A stretch of DNA of 63,981 bases, filler included, from Globobulimina sp. (Eukaryota): assembly GCA_003354225.1 (NCBI GenBank). It is 50 parts of 50 records of this genome, joined end to end, with 100 filler letters (N's around TTAATTAATTAA, not from the genome) between each part and the next. Parts side by side here need not be neighbours in the genome. Positions count along the whole stretch, not along the records: positions 46,153 to 47,333 come from PIVH01021510.1; positions 47,434 to 48,614 come from PIVH01021511.1; positions 48,715 to 49,895 come from PIVH01021512.1; positions 49,996 to 51,176 come from PIVH01021513.1; positions 51,277 to 52,457 come from PIVH01021514.1; positions 52,558 to 53,738 come from PIVH01021515.1; positions 53,839 to 55,019 come from PIVH01021516.1; positions 55,120 to 56,300 come from PIVH01021517.1; 42 more parts are not named here. One strand, 5' to 3'. Under the pieces are notes generated by a model, which saw nothing but the letters and a program-made list of their open reading frames with translations, made no database searches and was not told where the DNA came from. Each line of letters opens with the position of its first letter. Position 1 is the stretch's first letter. Shown one piece after another: positions 46,295-59,181 of the stretch. The translations under genes and the position numbers were made by a program.

Positions 46295-47333
46295 ATGAAG
46301 AGGAAAAGACCGAGAACAAAAATAAACTCACTTATTATTTTAAAAAAGAAAAGAATTAAAGCAATAACTTTGTTGCAACTCCCCAAAGACTTAAAAATTT
46401 TTGCATTCAATTTTATTTCCGAGAAAGATTTGTATTCCGTTCAAAAAGTATGTCGATGTTTATGTGTTGCAGCCCGAGATCCAAACTCTTTGTATCATTT
46501 AGAACTTCATCAAATGTGTTATACCAATACAGATTGCCAAATTATGTCAAATTATTCAAATAAACCATTTTATTCAAAGATAAATTCATTTAATGGAAAC
46601 TCTTTTAATTGTCAAAACGAAGAAAAGTTACATTTTAACTCAAAATGGTATAAAAGTATCACGAATCTTAACATCAGTCAAGGTGCACAACAATGGCCAT
46701 CGATGGCTTATTTCTCTAATTTACAATCTGTCTCTATACCTTGTGAATACTTTGTATCTTTGACTAAAAACATGGACTGCTCTACGTTGCAATCGCTGGA
46801 ATTACAGTACGATACATTTGGATCATTCGGCGATGATACACTCAAATTAACGCATTTTAATGATACATTTAAATCAATGTTAAAATGTGTGAATTTAAGG
46901 GAAATACGTATGGCGGGAATGCAACAATCATTCTACGTATTGAATGATGAAAATCTAAAATTGTGTGAAAATGAAAAATTAAATCCGTTTAAAAAGTTGA
47001 AATTTCTTCACGTTGTATGCAAAGAGTTTGTTGAATGGATATTATCAGATCCGAATTATAAAAAAGAATTAATTATCACACGTGGTGGTACTGATATTTT
47101 CCATAAAAATTCTAAAATGGCATTGTTAGCCATACGAAATCATAAAAATATTGCAATTGTATTGGAAAATATTTCCAGATTTAAAGATGATTTGAATTTG
47201 AATTCGTTAAAAGTTGAAATACGAACTCGTTATCAAGAAACATTGTCGTTGCGATTGATGGAAGCTATGAAACAAATATTGCCTCTTTGTAAGGTATCCT
47301 GTATTTCATTTCATCCGTCCCTTTTAAATATTA
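46295..47333 (+). CDS. F-box protein with LRR-like C-terminus (3' truncated)
   Basis: LLQLPKDLKIFAFNFI...DLYSVQKVCR.L...ARDP; LQSLEL, NLREIRM, LKFLHV repeats. Confidence 0.8.
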
Positions 47334-47433
47334 NNNNNNNNNNNNNNNNNNNNNNNNNNNNNNNNNNNNNNNNNNNNTTAATTAATTAANNNNNNNNNNN
47401 NNNNNNNNNNNNNNNNNNNNNNNNNNNNNNNNN

Positions 47434-48614
47434 GTTCTCTTCGTGCGTGGTGATGCTGGCAATGATCTCATATAATTTGAAAGTGTCCGCCAGTTCTTCG
47501 CTTTCAATCTCCGGATCCTCCAATTCCTCACCCGCTGCGCCATCGCCTTCGTAGACCACATCCAACGTCTTATCAATGGCAATCTGTTCCTGCTGCGCTG
47601 TGGACGAATGGTTGGACAATGCGGGAGTTACTACTTTCAATTCGGCGCCGCTTTGCGCCACACTCTCAAACGGTGTTTGTGCCGTTTTCTCTTCGTTCTC
47701 GGCTTCTATCTGCAAAGCGGCCAAATCCACAGCATTCAATATCTGTACATGAGTGGGATTGAACCTTTTTATCGTATCGATCACGGCGCGGCGACGCGAA
47801 CACTTTGCGATAAAATCACTGCAAACATTGATAGCAGCGTCCAACACAGATAACGGTGGCTGATCCAATGCACATTCCAGCTTATCTTCGTGCTCATTTT
47901 CTTTGAATCCCATTTGGTTTAAAAACTCCAACACGCCGTCGTAATTTAGTAATTTTGCACGGATGCGGTTGGATTTCGAGGACAGCACTCGATATTTCAT
48001 GTTTTCCTGGAACAGTTTGATGGTCATAGCTCGCAATATTTTGAACAATTTGGACGGGTTATTACTGCCCAACTGGATCACATTGGCGGTATTGGCAAAC
48101 TCGCGTTGTGTGGTGTTTATATCATACGGAGAATCTGGGATTTCTTTTAAATGCGAGTCTTCAGCTGAAATATTGACAAAATCATCAAAATTGAATGAGA
48201 CCTGCGGGGAATGACCAAATTGGCCATATGCTGCGGTGGGATCAGGGGAGAATAAGCCAAGGGGCGATAATGAGGTCAATGCAGCAGAGGGCTGCTGTAC
48301 AGTGATATTGTTATTATTATCTGGCTCTGGCTCTGGCTCTGTGTCTATCATAGCGGGTATAAGTGGCTTATGGTCAGGCGGTACTTCCTCATCTTGCGAT
48401 TGAGTCTCATTTATATTCGCCAGAATCTCATCCGGTTTGCTTCGGTCTTTCAATTGAGTGCCAACGGGCGTATGCATTCCAACAATAATCGACATTTTCT
48501 TTGCTTTGTCTGCAGTTGGCATGGATTTGGGTGGCGGTGGCTCAGTTATATGGTATTCATCCTCTAATTGAGCACCGACTGATTCGTGATCAGAGGTATA
48601 AGATATTTGTGTAT
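47434..48614 (-). CDS. PUB-domain protein, internal fragment
   Basis: ENMKYRVLS..SNRI..KL...DGVLEFL..MGF; frame open across the whole contig. Confidence 0.7.
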
Positions 48615-48714
48615 NNNNNNNNNNNNNNNNNNNNNNNNNNNNNNNNNNNNNNNNNNNNTTAATTAATTAANNNNNNNNNNNNNNNNNNNNNNNNNNNNNN
48701 NNNNNNNNNNNNNN

Positions 48715-49891
48715 TTCCCGGTTGCCACCGGACAACCTGCTCAAGTCGATACAGTACATATTGTATTCAGCAATCATTTGGATTTTGGATACATTAACGG
48801 TGTTGGTGGGCACTGTGCAAATAATGATGATTGCTTTGCATACGCCGTAGGCAATCGTTATTTTGATATTTATTTCGAGAAAGCAGTGAATGTTGCAAAT
48901 AATATGTCACGTAAATATAATTTATCATATTCATGGATGACATTCCCATTTCTTGCATCATTATATTTAGATTGCCCATCCAATATGAAACTACATTGTC
49001 CAAATCCAACCTCAATTGCATCCTTTTTAAAGGGTATTAGGTCAAAATCAATCTGGTTCAATGCATTCCCATTTAATTCATGCATTGAAATGTATGATAA
49101 ATCAATGTTTGAATTTGGTTTAAAATTAAGCAAAGATATAATATTAAAAACGAATGCTATTAATACCACTGTTTTTTCTCAAAGAGATGTTCCAGGAATT
49201 ACTCGTTCAGCAATACCGATTTTGAAAAACCACGGAATTCGAGCAATATCGATTGGAAGTAACGGAGGCAGTGCTCCACCGGGAACAGGACCTATTGCTC
49301 GTTGGTTCGATCCAATATCAAACGAAACTATCCTTTATTTGGGTACATATACTTTACTTAATTAATATGAATATTATTGACAAATATATAGAGCATGCGG
49401 GTGGTTATGGTGGCTGGCAACTAAAAGATACTGTTTATATAAAGAATTTCAATCACGCTTTGGTTATGGCGTGGAACTCAGATAATGGTGGACCAATGGA
49501 CGAGGATAACATATTAAGTGTATACAATGAGACATTGCATAATTTCCCAAATGCAAAAAATAATATATTTGCGACCACATTTGATACCTTTATCGATGCA
49601 TTGGAAGAAAGACCGGATATTATGCAATCTTTACCTATTTATGATGGCGAAATAGGTGATACATGGAATTATGGCGCAGCTTCGGATCCATATAAAGTTG
49701 CGGCAACATTGAATGCACAGAGATTAAGAACAGAATGTATGGATGATTTAAATTATAACTGTTCATTGGATTCAATTGCTTTTTATAATTTCAGTAGGTT
49801 TTTATTAAAAAATGGTGAGCATACATGGGGCGCTTCAGTTGATGATGCTATTCCTCCCTCAAATGAGAGTGCAGAATGGGATTATTATTAA
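48715..49891 (+). CDS. DUF5054 / GH38-N-like glycoside hydrolase; intron 49343-49391
   Basis: VHIVFSNHLDFGY, QRDVPG.TR, HAGGYG, DNGGP, EIGDTW.YG.ASDP.K, LLK..EHTWG. Confidence 0.8.
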
Positions 49892-50133
49892 TATANNNNN
49901 NNNNNNNNNNNNNNNNNNNNNNNNNNNNNNNNNNNNNNNTTAATTAATTAANNNNNNNNNNNNNNNNNNNNNNNNNNNNNNNNNNNNNNNNNNNNGCTCT
50001 TTCAATCGATTATGGCCTTTTTTTTGTATTACATAACCAATAGCATTTAAAAGTGATGCGCATATTGACAATATGACTCCAATTATGGTGTGGGACAAAG
50101 GCATTTTGTCAGAGTGTTTGAATGTTTTTCTTA

Positions 50134-50475
50134 GATTAAAACCAGCTTAAATAAGTGATTTTGTTCATGGCTTGCATTAAACGCTCCGACAACAAACAAA
50201 TAACTACAGAAACGTTGCGCGGCTCGAGTTTAAATCAATCATACACAAGCTGTGACAAGCATGCAGTCATGGGATTACTCATTGAAGATCAAACATACTC
50301 AATCAAACAAAAGAAGAAAAAGGCATGTAACAGTTTACCATTACCAGCTAAAGAATGATCAACAAAGTCATAAAAAAGCTATGGGATTACAGTGTACATT
50401 GAGTATGTTTGATCTTCAATGAGTAATTCCATGACCAAGCCATGACAAAATCATTTATTTAAGCTGGTTTTAATC
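50134..50475. mobile_element. Tourist/PIF-Harbinger-like MITE with long inverted arms and TTA target duplication
   Basis: C-TTA-GATTAAAACCAGCTTAAATAA...TTATTTAAGCTGGTTTTAATC-TTA-G; inner arm ~50266-50303 pairs with ~50398-50436. Confidence 0.75.
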
Positions 50476-50596
50476 TTAGTTTGATATCATTTATTGCATA
50501 AAATCTTTGTTACACTTTTGCATAAAATTTATTTTATTTTTTTTTTTAACAAAAAAAGTAAAGTATACTCAGACTATAATATCCAAAAGTTTGTTA

Positions 50597-50807
50597 CTTT
50601 CCTGTAGATTTGTTTGGAAGGATTGGTTTTGAGATTTTGTATAATGGTTTGGATTTTTTTTATTTTAAACGCTCATAATTTGGCGTTTGTATGGGTTTGT
50701 ATGAGTATGCATAAGGGTGGATTTTATTTGAGACGGTTACTGTTGAGAATACTTTTAAAAATCTGAAAATCTCAAAACTGAACTGTCTGAACCGTCTACA
50801 GGGAAAG
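50597..50807. mobile_element. Tc1/mariner-like MITE with TA target duplication
   Basis: TA-CTTTCCTGTAGA...GTTTTGAGATTTT ... AAAATCTCAAAAC...TCTACAGGGAAAG-TA. Confidence 0.7.
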
Positions 50808-50935
50808 TATACTCACCGAAATATATAAAATGTTGTTTATTATTAAAAATTGAAAATATATTTATTTGATTAAAAAACTGTTCACTACAAAACACAGAAC
50901 CCCACACTGAAATTAACTAAAGTTCTTTTAAGCCA

Positions 50936-51075
50936 ATGTCTTTATCTCGTTCCACCACTCCAACTCCATCCGTACCTATAACCACCCCACGAAGTAGCGG
51001 CCCGTTAGATTTAAATATTAATAAAGCAGCAGACGTCGACGCATCACTGACAGACGCAGCCATGGCCAAAGTAGA
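50936..51075 (+). CDS. 5' end of a hypothetical Ser/Thr/Pro-rich eukaryotic protein, cut at an apparent chimeric junction
   Basis: MSLSRSTTPTPSVPITTPRSSGP after an AT-rich upstream region. Confidence 0.4.
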
Positions 51076-51176
51076 GATAATATTATCGGAATCGTTTTTC
51101 CCTTTTCTCATATACGCCATCACGCACCCTTCCCAATCATGAAAATCAATCCACTCAAACCCATGCCAATCAAAAT
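51076..51176 (-). other. Bacterial-type glycogen branching enzyme (GlgB) C-terminal fragment
   Basis: FDWHGFEWIDFHDWEGCVMAYMRKG matches GlgB D...GFEWID..D....V..F.RKG. Confidence 0.6.
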
Positions 51177-51305
51177 NNNNNNNNNNNNNNNNNNNNNNNN
51201 NNNNNNNNNNNNNNNNNNNNTTAATTAATTAANNNNNNNNNNNNNNNNNNNNNNNNNNNNNNNNNNNNNNNNNNNNCAAATAAATCTAAATCTGTTCCAG
51301 CAGCA

Positions 51306-52457
51306 ATGTTAAATATATCCGGTTTGAATAATGAAGAATTTAATATGGACTCGAATCAATTAATTGATATCATTCAGTATTGTTCTATTATCAGGACAGA
51401 GTTTGTGACCACCAAAGATCAGCGATCATATCAATTATTGGACGATCCCCTAAATAAAATATGTAAAAATAAAGTTAAGGATGAATCAAAAGCACATAAT
51501 TTACGTACATTGTATCCAAATAATATCAATTTGATCCCCTCCTTTCCACACTATCATAGCCCATATATTTATGGAGACCGCGAGCATAATAAAAATAATA
51601 ATATTTATGCTCTTAAATCGTATATGAAAAAATGGAACGACAATGGACATCATAATACTTCATTTGCTCTGAAAGCGTGCATCACAAATTGGCCAAAAAT
51701 GTTTATTCCTCACGATATTGATCAGATGTTATTGACGCAAATTGAACAGGATTTAGTAATAAATGATGGCAAACAAACACAAGTTATTAATGCACTGTTA
51801 ACCATTTCAAATAATATGCAATTCAGAGATAAATATTTGAAACTATATGAAGTTTCTGCAGCGGAAATTTATTTGAATGCCAAACATTTCCATGAAAAAC
51901 AAGAAAAAATGCAACAAGAAGAGAATTATTATGCTATGAAATATATCAAGATATTACCATTTCATATCCATTTAAATATTAAATATATTCAAGCAACGCA
52001 ATTATTTACAAACAGTGTAGAAGGTAAAGCATACGCAAAATTACAATTTATTACAAATATAAATAATAATAATAATTATAAACCATACCATTTTCAACCA
52101 GAAGCGGATACATTAAAACAAGTAAACTGTGTGTTATATGATGGCATAATTGTAGCCAATACGAGATATAAATTAATATGGTATGGCGATAATGATTGTA
52201 AACAAACACAAGTCACAATGATATCTGCTCAATTGCTACCTGCAGGATATACTGTGTCTGGCTTGAAAATAAAATACAGTTTAAATAAAATGTTAAATCA
52301 ACAATATAGAATGCGACATATTTCTGCATTGGAAACAACTGCCACGCGAATGGCGCAAAATATTACTTTTCAATGTATTACCTACATCAAAGACGATAAG
52401 AATATATTTGATGGCTGTGGCATTATCAATGATCAGTGTTTCTTTAGTTCTTACTGT
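51306..52457 (+). CDS. Hypothetical protein fragment
   Basis: More than 380 open codons; no motif recognised. Confidence 0.6.
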
Positions 52458-52557
52458 NNNNNNNNNNNNNNNNNNNNNNNNNNNNNNNNNNNNNNNNNNN
52501 NTTAATTAATTAANNNNNNNNNNNNNNNNNNNNNNNNNNNNNNNNNNNNNNNNNNNN

Positions 52558-53738
52558 AGCTTGAACTCGATGAGGAAGATAGCAATGAATTACTGTTTTG
52601 TAAGCCTGTGGAAGATATCGTATACTCTCTGTATTGCGACGACTTATTAGTTATAGCTGTATGGATTGCTGTCGTTAGTTTGCTAACCATACGATTCGTA
52701 AATGGTTTATCATGTATTCCCAATGATAATTTCTTGTGTCGTTTGGAAATAGAATCTAAACATCGCTGTTTCGGTGCTGTTCGTACAGAATTAAATATTT
52801 TATGAATATCATATTTTATTCTTTCTGCTGACGTCTCCGTTTTGTGCTTATATTCTTCATGAAATCGTGGACGAACTGCAGCCAAATGAGAACAGATTGA
52901 ATAAGTATCATTTTTAACTTCAATTTCGTTGGATTGCAGGTAACAAATATTGGATAATTTGATAAATTCATCTGCTTTGAATAATTTCTAAAACAATTAA
53001 CAATTTGTAAACAGTATGCTGTATATTCCAACAATGCAAACAACACATTAACATACCATTGGCTGTGAATCTTTTTGTCGAAAGCGATCCCGCGCGGAAT
53101 CCATGGATTGCTGATATCTCCGTATCCGAATCCAACGCCTTCTCCGCGCATTGGTCAATATGGAAGGTTTTGTGCACCAATGTGTCCTCTCAGGAAAATC
53201 AAATCCATACTGCCATCCATTGCCGTCACATTTATATTTATTCTTTGTTTTATCCAATTTATCTTTAATTGCCTGGTCATTTTCTATGGATAAAATTGTA
53301 CTCCATTTCCAATCCCAGGGCGTGATCCAAATCCAATCTTTGGGCAAAATAAAATCTGCCTCTTTGTCCAATGCATGTCCATCAATGGAGGACCACTTCG
53401 GTCGATCTATGACATATTACATTATGTTACGAAAAATAAAAATATAATACATATACCGGTTGGCAATAATTGTTTGCTCCATTTCAGGCCATATCGTCTC
53501 TCGTTTTCCCAAATCTCACAGAGTACAATATGTCCGGTAATGGTTGCCTTCATTGGATTTAATTCCTCCAAGGTCCGATTCATAATTTTGTTCTGCGCCG
53601 TCCTTATCTCTATGTCATTTATTGTCAACTTATTATTCTCCAAATAGTACAAAATATTATTGTTGATACGAATAAAATTGGGAATAACGTGAATCTTCCA
53701 TAACGAATCACGTTCAATACCTTCATTCTTTCGGATTT
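52558..53738 (-). CDS. Dysferlin (DysF)-domain protein, spliced internal fragment; intron 53407-53456 plus a second near 53056
   Basis: EIWENER...WS..LLPT/DRPKWS...LP.DW.W...W...D.NGWQYGFDF...RRRRWIR. Confidence 0.85.
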
Positions 53739-54101
53739 NNNNNNNNNNNNNNNNNNNNNNNNNNNNNNNNNNNNNNNNNNNNTTAATTAATTAANNNNNN
53801 NNNNNNNNNNNNNNNNNNNNNNNNNNNNNNNNNNNNNNACGATGGACATCCAATTTCCATGGTTTTTGCAACTTGACTATAAATGTGACTTGGACATCTA
53901 AGATTTTTTTTCTTTGAATATGAATACTTTTGAATTATCCTCGCACACTTCAAAACTCGATAGTTCATTATTTGAACAAAAACAGACATAAAATAATTTA
54001 GAAAGAGAACGAAACAGATTTCAATTGATATCCACACAAAAAAAATGTCTCCAATCCATGGAGCGACAAATGCAAAACACAATTTTATATCACATATAAA
54101 T

Positions 54102-54893
54102 TTAATACAAAAACATAAGAGAAGCAAATATGATATAAATAATAAGATTTACAACCAATACATTGGCATCGCCACATTCCTCATTTTGATTATCAGTAAA
54201 TACACTTTCATCATTGGCACCGTCCGGCATATAACAGGTCCACGAATCTGCATCAATATACATTTTAAGAGTACATCCAATTTGCACATTTTGTATATGA
54301 CTGTAATCTTTCCAAGCCGGCCCATCATGCGATGTAAAGACATATGATAACTCACAGCATGTTTCCTCATTAAATCTCACATATTGGACGTCATAATTAT
54401 TGGTACCAGTGTTACATTGCGCATATTGATTAAATCCGTCCACAGAAATACATGAGCCCACAATTATATATTTTGTGTTATAATTAGCCTCAATCCATCC
54501 AGAACAGCCATCATTTCCTGTTGCATATTCTTTGTATTCTAAATAACATTGGTCATATTCTGCGGATACACCATCACCACATTTATAGGCAGGATTTGTT
54601 GAACCTAATGCTGATCTCGATTCATGTGCATTTGCTGCACCGCTGCAATTATTGCCATAATATGTATATACTTCGATATCTGCTGAGCCATCACCATTGC
54701 GGCTACAGATATATTCACGCGAGAGATAGGGATTTGCATTGGTTTTATCATAATCGGTTATACAAACATTCAATGGATAGGATGATTCTAACACTGCATC
54801 ATACACAAAAGCGCAATTTGAACCATCGTAGCTGTTGAACTCTGCATTTATGACAGTAAAAAATAATATTGATACTAAAATAAAATTCATCAT
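54102..54893 (-). CDS. Cys-rich secreted, probably GPI-anchored surface protein
   Basis: Signal peptide; YPLNVC..SREYIC..Y..NCSG..YKC pattern; hydrophobic C-terminus with no cytosolic tail. Confidence 0.75.
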   Translation of the reverse strand: MMNFILVSILFFTVINAEFNSYDGSNCAFVYDAVLESSYPLNVCITDYDKTNANPYLSREYICSRNGDGSADIEVYTYYGNNCSGAANAHESRSALGSTNPAYKCGDGVSAEYDQCYLEYKEYATGNDGCSGWIEANYNTKYIIVGSCISVDGFNQYAQCNTGTNNYDVQYVRFNEETCCELSYVFTSHDGPAWKDYSHIQNVQIGCTLKMYIDADSWTCYMPDGANDESVFTDNQNEECGDANVLVVNLIIYIIFASLMFLY

Positions 54894-55119
54894 ATGTCGA
54901 ATTTGCGTAATATTATGTGGATGACAATAATCACACTGTTGACTGTTTCCTGTTTGATTTTGTGACGAAGGGATGTTTCAGCAATGTTTAGAGACTTGGA
55001 TAAGAAAATTAAAAATCACNNNNNNNNNNNNNNNNNNNNNNNNNNNNNNNNNNNNNNNNNNNNTTAATTAATTAANNNNNNNNNNNNNNNNNNNNNNNNN
55101 NNNNNNNNNNNNNNNNNNN

Positions 55120-56300
55120 TTGGAATTCCGCATTTAGGGAACCAAACTCATTTAGTTGTAGAAACGATGAAAATGGTGATCCAATTGCCCAAATTCCATG
55201 GAATTTTATTAATTTAGCAACTGGAGAAGTGAGACGCGAGGCTAGTTCGCAGGATATGGCTGTTTATACAACCAATTTGGTTGAATTTGGTATATTATCA
55301 TATATATCTGGTGATATTCGATACTATAAAGCAGCAAAAGATATAATGCAACAAATTATGGACTCATCATCAGATCTCAATTTGCCAGGTATTAGTTAGG
55401 AGTATTTGTTTCTGTTCCTCTTTTCATACAAATTACGAAAAACGAAAATGTATTATCTGCAGAATCAACATCATATCATATCATCCAACAGTTTTCCAAC
55501 ATATTCTTGAATCATATGAATATAATTTGTATGTAAAAGAGAAGTAGTCTCTCCCTCTCTGATTAATAATGTTTGTAATAGGTCGGCAATTTAATGTGAT
55601 GACAGCAGATATTACCAATTTAACACAATTATGGCCAGATCAAAGCAGTCATATTGATGCAGGAATTGACTCATATTTTGAATATATGATTAAATGTTAT
55701 GAATTGTTTGGAGATGAAGATTGTTTGAGATGGTGGAATATATCACATGCAGCAATCTTCGAATATATGTCATATTATACAGCAGATGATCTGAATGAGG
55801 AGAGATTATGGTTTAAGAGAGTAATGATGGAAACAGGCGCAGATGCCTCAGATGCGGGTCATTATGATTTGCATGCTCATTTTTTTGCATCCACGTTAGC
55901 ATTATCTGGGGACTTGGAGAATGCTAAAAAAAATCAAGAAGCAAATCATTTTATGTGGTCCGTATTGAACAGTAAGGTAACACCATACAATTATGATTTT
56001 ATTGAAAATACAATTATTCAGCCACAGTGGGACTTAAATCCTGAAGTCATGGAAAGTAATTACTATTTATATGCAATCACAGGTCGATATATTTTTACAC
56101 TGAGTTTGCAATATGTTCTCCATCAATATCCAATGAAGAAAGAAATGAAAAGTTGTGCATTGGGGATTGATGGAGAATAGTTTGTGTTACATGCAGGTGA
56201 ACAAATATATTTTGATCGTGCGTTGGAATATTTGGAGGATATTATGGATGTTTGTAGATGTGATGATATTATCTGTGCTGGATACAGTGCACTGGAAAAT
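55120..56300 (+). CDS. GH47 alpha-1,2-mannosidase, internal fragment; introns 55389-55581 and 56083-56196
   Basis: IP..FINL.TG, LVEFG.LS..SGD..Y, IDAGIDSYFEY.IK, LNPEVMES.YYLY..TG. Confidence 0.88.
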
Positions 56301-56751
56301 NNNNNNNNNNNNNNNNNNNNNNNNNNNNNNNNNNNNNNNNNNNNTTAATTAATTAANNNNNNNNNNNNNNNNNNNNNNNNNNNNNNNNNNNNNNNNNNNN
56401 CAGAAGTTGGATGAAGTTGATCAACATTTAACCAATCAAGCGGATTTAGGGCGGTTTACAAGGGATTGTATGAAGGAGTGGTTGGATGACAATAAATAAT
56501 AAAGATAGTAAATAAATAACATACAAAATGAAATCATTTTTTTCTAGATGAGATTTTTTTAAGTTGTTTGTAATGTTAACATCATTCATTAGAACATGTA
56601 CAAAAAACCAATCTTTTTGGCATCCATCGTTTTTGGCAACGTTTGTATTTATAGAAGCAAGTAAAAAATAGTGCAGTATACAAAAATTAAATCATGCAAA
56701 TTGCAAACAATCAAAACAAAAAAACCACACAAATAAGCTGATAATTTTTAA

Positions 56752-57369
56752 TTACATATCTTGCAAAGTAATATCAGCTAATTTCTGTTGCAACATTTCC
56801 ATTTTCTCCACATATTTATCAGTGCTCATATTACTTTTATTGCTTCGTAAGTCCATTAATGATTGTGTTATATCTCTGGTTTCCTGCAGTTTCGACTGTG
56901 GTGTTGCCACCAAAATAATTTGTTTCTCATCAAAATCATGATTATTATTTGAAGAATCACTCTCTTCTTCATCTTGAGAGCCGCTCTCACTCTCTTCCTC
57001 ATCCTCATCCTCTTCGTCCTCAAAATCAATCCAATCATCGACCGGCATATTTTTAACTAATGAAGACACAGATTCCCATCGTTTAGAATTACTTAATGTA
57101 AATTCAATGGTACACGTCGATTGTTTGTATATTTTCGAGATATCAAATGTATCAATTTTTGAATACAAATTATCACAATATTCTCTCTTCAATTTCTCTG
57201 CTTCATTCTCCACAGTCTTATCGCTGTTGATATTAACTACAAATTTGTCGATATTTAAAAAAAATATATCTTTTGTAATGCCACGAAATAAATATCCATT
57301 CATTTTAATCTCTAGCAAATAGGTTAATATTTCAAACTGATTGAATAATGTTTGGAATACGCCCATCAT
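56752..57369 (-). CDS. Last exon of a hypothetical protein with an acidic tract
   Basis: 205-codon ORF preceded by a TTTAG acceptor; DEEDEDEEE tract. Confidence 0.5.
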   Translation of the reverse strand: MMGVFQTLFNQFEILTYLLEIKMNGYLFRGITKDIFFLNIDKFVVNINSDKTVENEAEKLKREYCDNLYSKIDTFDISKIYKQSTCTIEFTLSNSKRWESVSSLVKNMPVDDWIDFEDEEDEDEEESESGSQDEEESDSSNNNHDFDEKQIILVATPQSKLQETRDITQSLMDLRSNKSNMSTDKYVEKMEMLQQKLADITLQDM

Positions 57370-57751
57370 TGATTGCTAAACAGTACATATTTAAATTCAG
57401 AAAAGCAAAGTTTCAACAAATAGAGTTAGTGCATTTAAGTGAAAAGAAAGTAAAATCGATAATTCAGTTGATTTTATCCGTCTACAATCAATATTTAACA
57501 GACTAAACGAATAAATACTGACCGTATTTATATGTAAAAGGACATAATAAACAATTACTTACATATTTTGTAGCACATTAANNNNNNNNNNNNNNNNNNN
57601 NNNNNNNNNNNNNNNNNNNNNNNNNTTAATTAATTAANNNNNNNNNNNNNNNNNNNNNNNNNNNNNNNNNNNNNNNNNNNNAGTTGTTGGCTTTTAACGC
57701 AAGACAAGTCTCGAGTTATATTGCAATTAAGGATACCTAGGTCCTAGGTCC

Positions 57752-57900
57752 AAAGAGCATCCGGTTTTCAGCGTCAGATTTTTATTGGGGTAAGGTAGAT
57801 GCAAACCGTTTCTGGTGACTGACAAAGGCAAAAATTATATAGGTTTGCCTTCGTTTCTCAGAAAGAATAATAATCTGACGTTGAAAAGGGGATGCTCTTT
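57752..57900. mobile_element. MITE-like element with ~35-bp imperfect terminal inverted repeats
   Basis: AAAGAGCATCC..TTTTCAGCGTCAGATT ... AATCTGACGTTGAAAA..GGATGCTCTTT; second copy at 16468-16572. Confidence 0.85.
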
Positions 57901-58069
57901 ATATTGCGCAATATAAGAACAACCCCTTATGAATACTGCCAATATTCTTGAAGTGAGCTAGTCATCAGTTATCTTGCAAATTAAAAAGGTTTTTTTAGTA
58001 AAAACAGTCTCGTTTCATTTACCACTACTAGTACTTCAGCTATTTCAATCAAATAACCAAACCAAAACA

Positions 58070-58807
58070 ATGCCTTCTGTTGATTATACACAACAAATGT
58101 TGGACTTATTAGAAATACCAAGACAACAAAATTGCAGTCAAAAAAGCAAAATTGTTGTCTTTGATTGGGACGATACATTATTCGCAACAACAGCATTAAT
58201 GAAACAAATTGGATGTGTACAAGGAGAGAATGATTCGGAATTATCCATCAATTCCTCGGAATTAACGCAATTATCAGAATTAATATTAGAAATCTTAACT
58301 AAATACGCACGAATGTTTGGAGAAGAAAGCATATTCATTGTATCAAACGGATCACAAAACTGGGTTTTGCAGTCACTAACAGTGTTAACTAGTTTTTGTC
58401 AAAAACAACAAATTCGAAATTCATTTCCGGAAATATTTCAATATCTATTAACCTCTGAAATATCGATCATTTCAGCGCATCACGCATATTCTGCTCAATT
58501 CCCAAAACAAACCATGTTGTGGAAATATTTAGTATTTAAACAAATTATTGCAAATCACGAAAAAACAAAGTGTTTCATCTGTGTCGGCGATTCGTTGGAT
58601 GAGTTTACTGCCTCACAGAAATTAATCGGCTCGAACAACAAAAACATCACCTTACATCGTTTAAAATTGAAACGTCAGCCAACGATCAAGGAAATGACCC
58701 AGCAGTTCACCTTAATTATGTCTCTCGCCTCGGTCTTTTATACGCAAATCGCAAACATAACCATTGATTACGAGAGAGAACTAAGCACCGCGCTTCTTTC
58801 AAAATAA
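58070..58807 (+). CDS. HAD-superfamily protein of the protist FDWDDTL family
   Basis: VFDWDDTL motif I, IVSNG..WV, ISA, WK..F, CVGDS..E. Confidence 0.8.
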   Translation: MPSVDYTQQMLDLLEIPRQQNCSQKSKIVVFDWDDTLFATTALMKQIGCVQGENDSELSINSSELTQLSELILEILTKYARMFGEESIFIVSNGSQNWVLQSLTVLTSFCQKQQIRNSFPEIFQYLLTSEISIISAHHAYSAQFPKQTMLWKYLVFKQIIANHEKTKCFICVGDSLDEFTASQKLIGSNNKNITLHRLKLKRQPTIKEMTQQFTLIMSLASVFYTQIANITIDYERELSTALLSK

Positions 58808-59181
58808 ATAGAATCGATCTAGGTCATTATCAAGGCAACATATTATATATATATTATATTANNNNNNNNNNNNNNNNNNNNNNNNNNNNNNNNNNNNNNN
58901 NNNNNTTAATTAATTAANNNNNNNNNNNNNNNNNNNNNNNNNNNNNNNNNNNNNNNNNNNNATTTTTCACCGTCAATTGTTATTTCAATTTTATTATTTT
59001 CGTATAATTCATATTCATTTTGCTTTAAATACATGGCGTTCATTACAATTATTACTGATTTGGCAATTTTTATTCTGGCAACAATAAGACGCTCTCTTTG
59101 AGCTATCATCACAAGAATAGATTTGTACGCGGCCACTGTCCACGGTGATATGGCCACGCTTGGTTTTTGTCTGCCGTCCCA

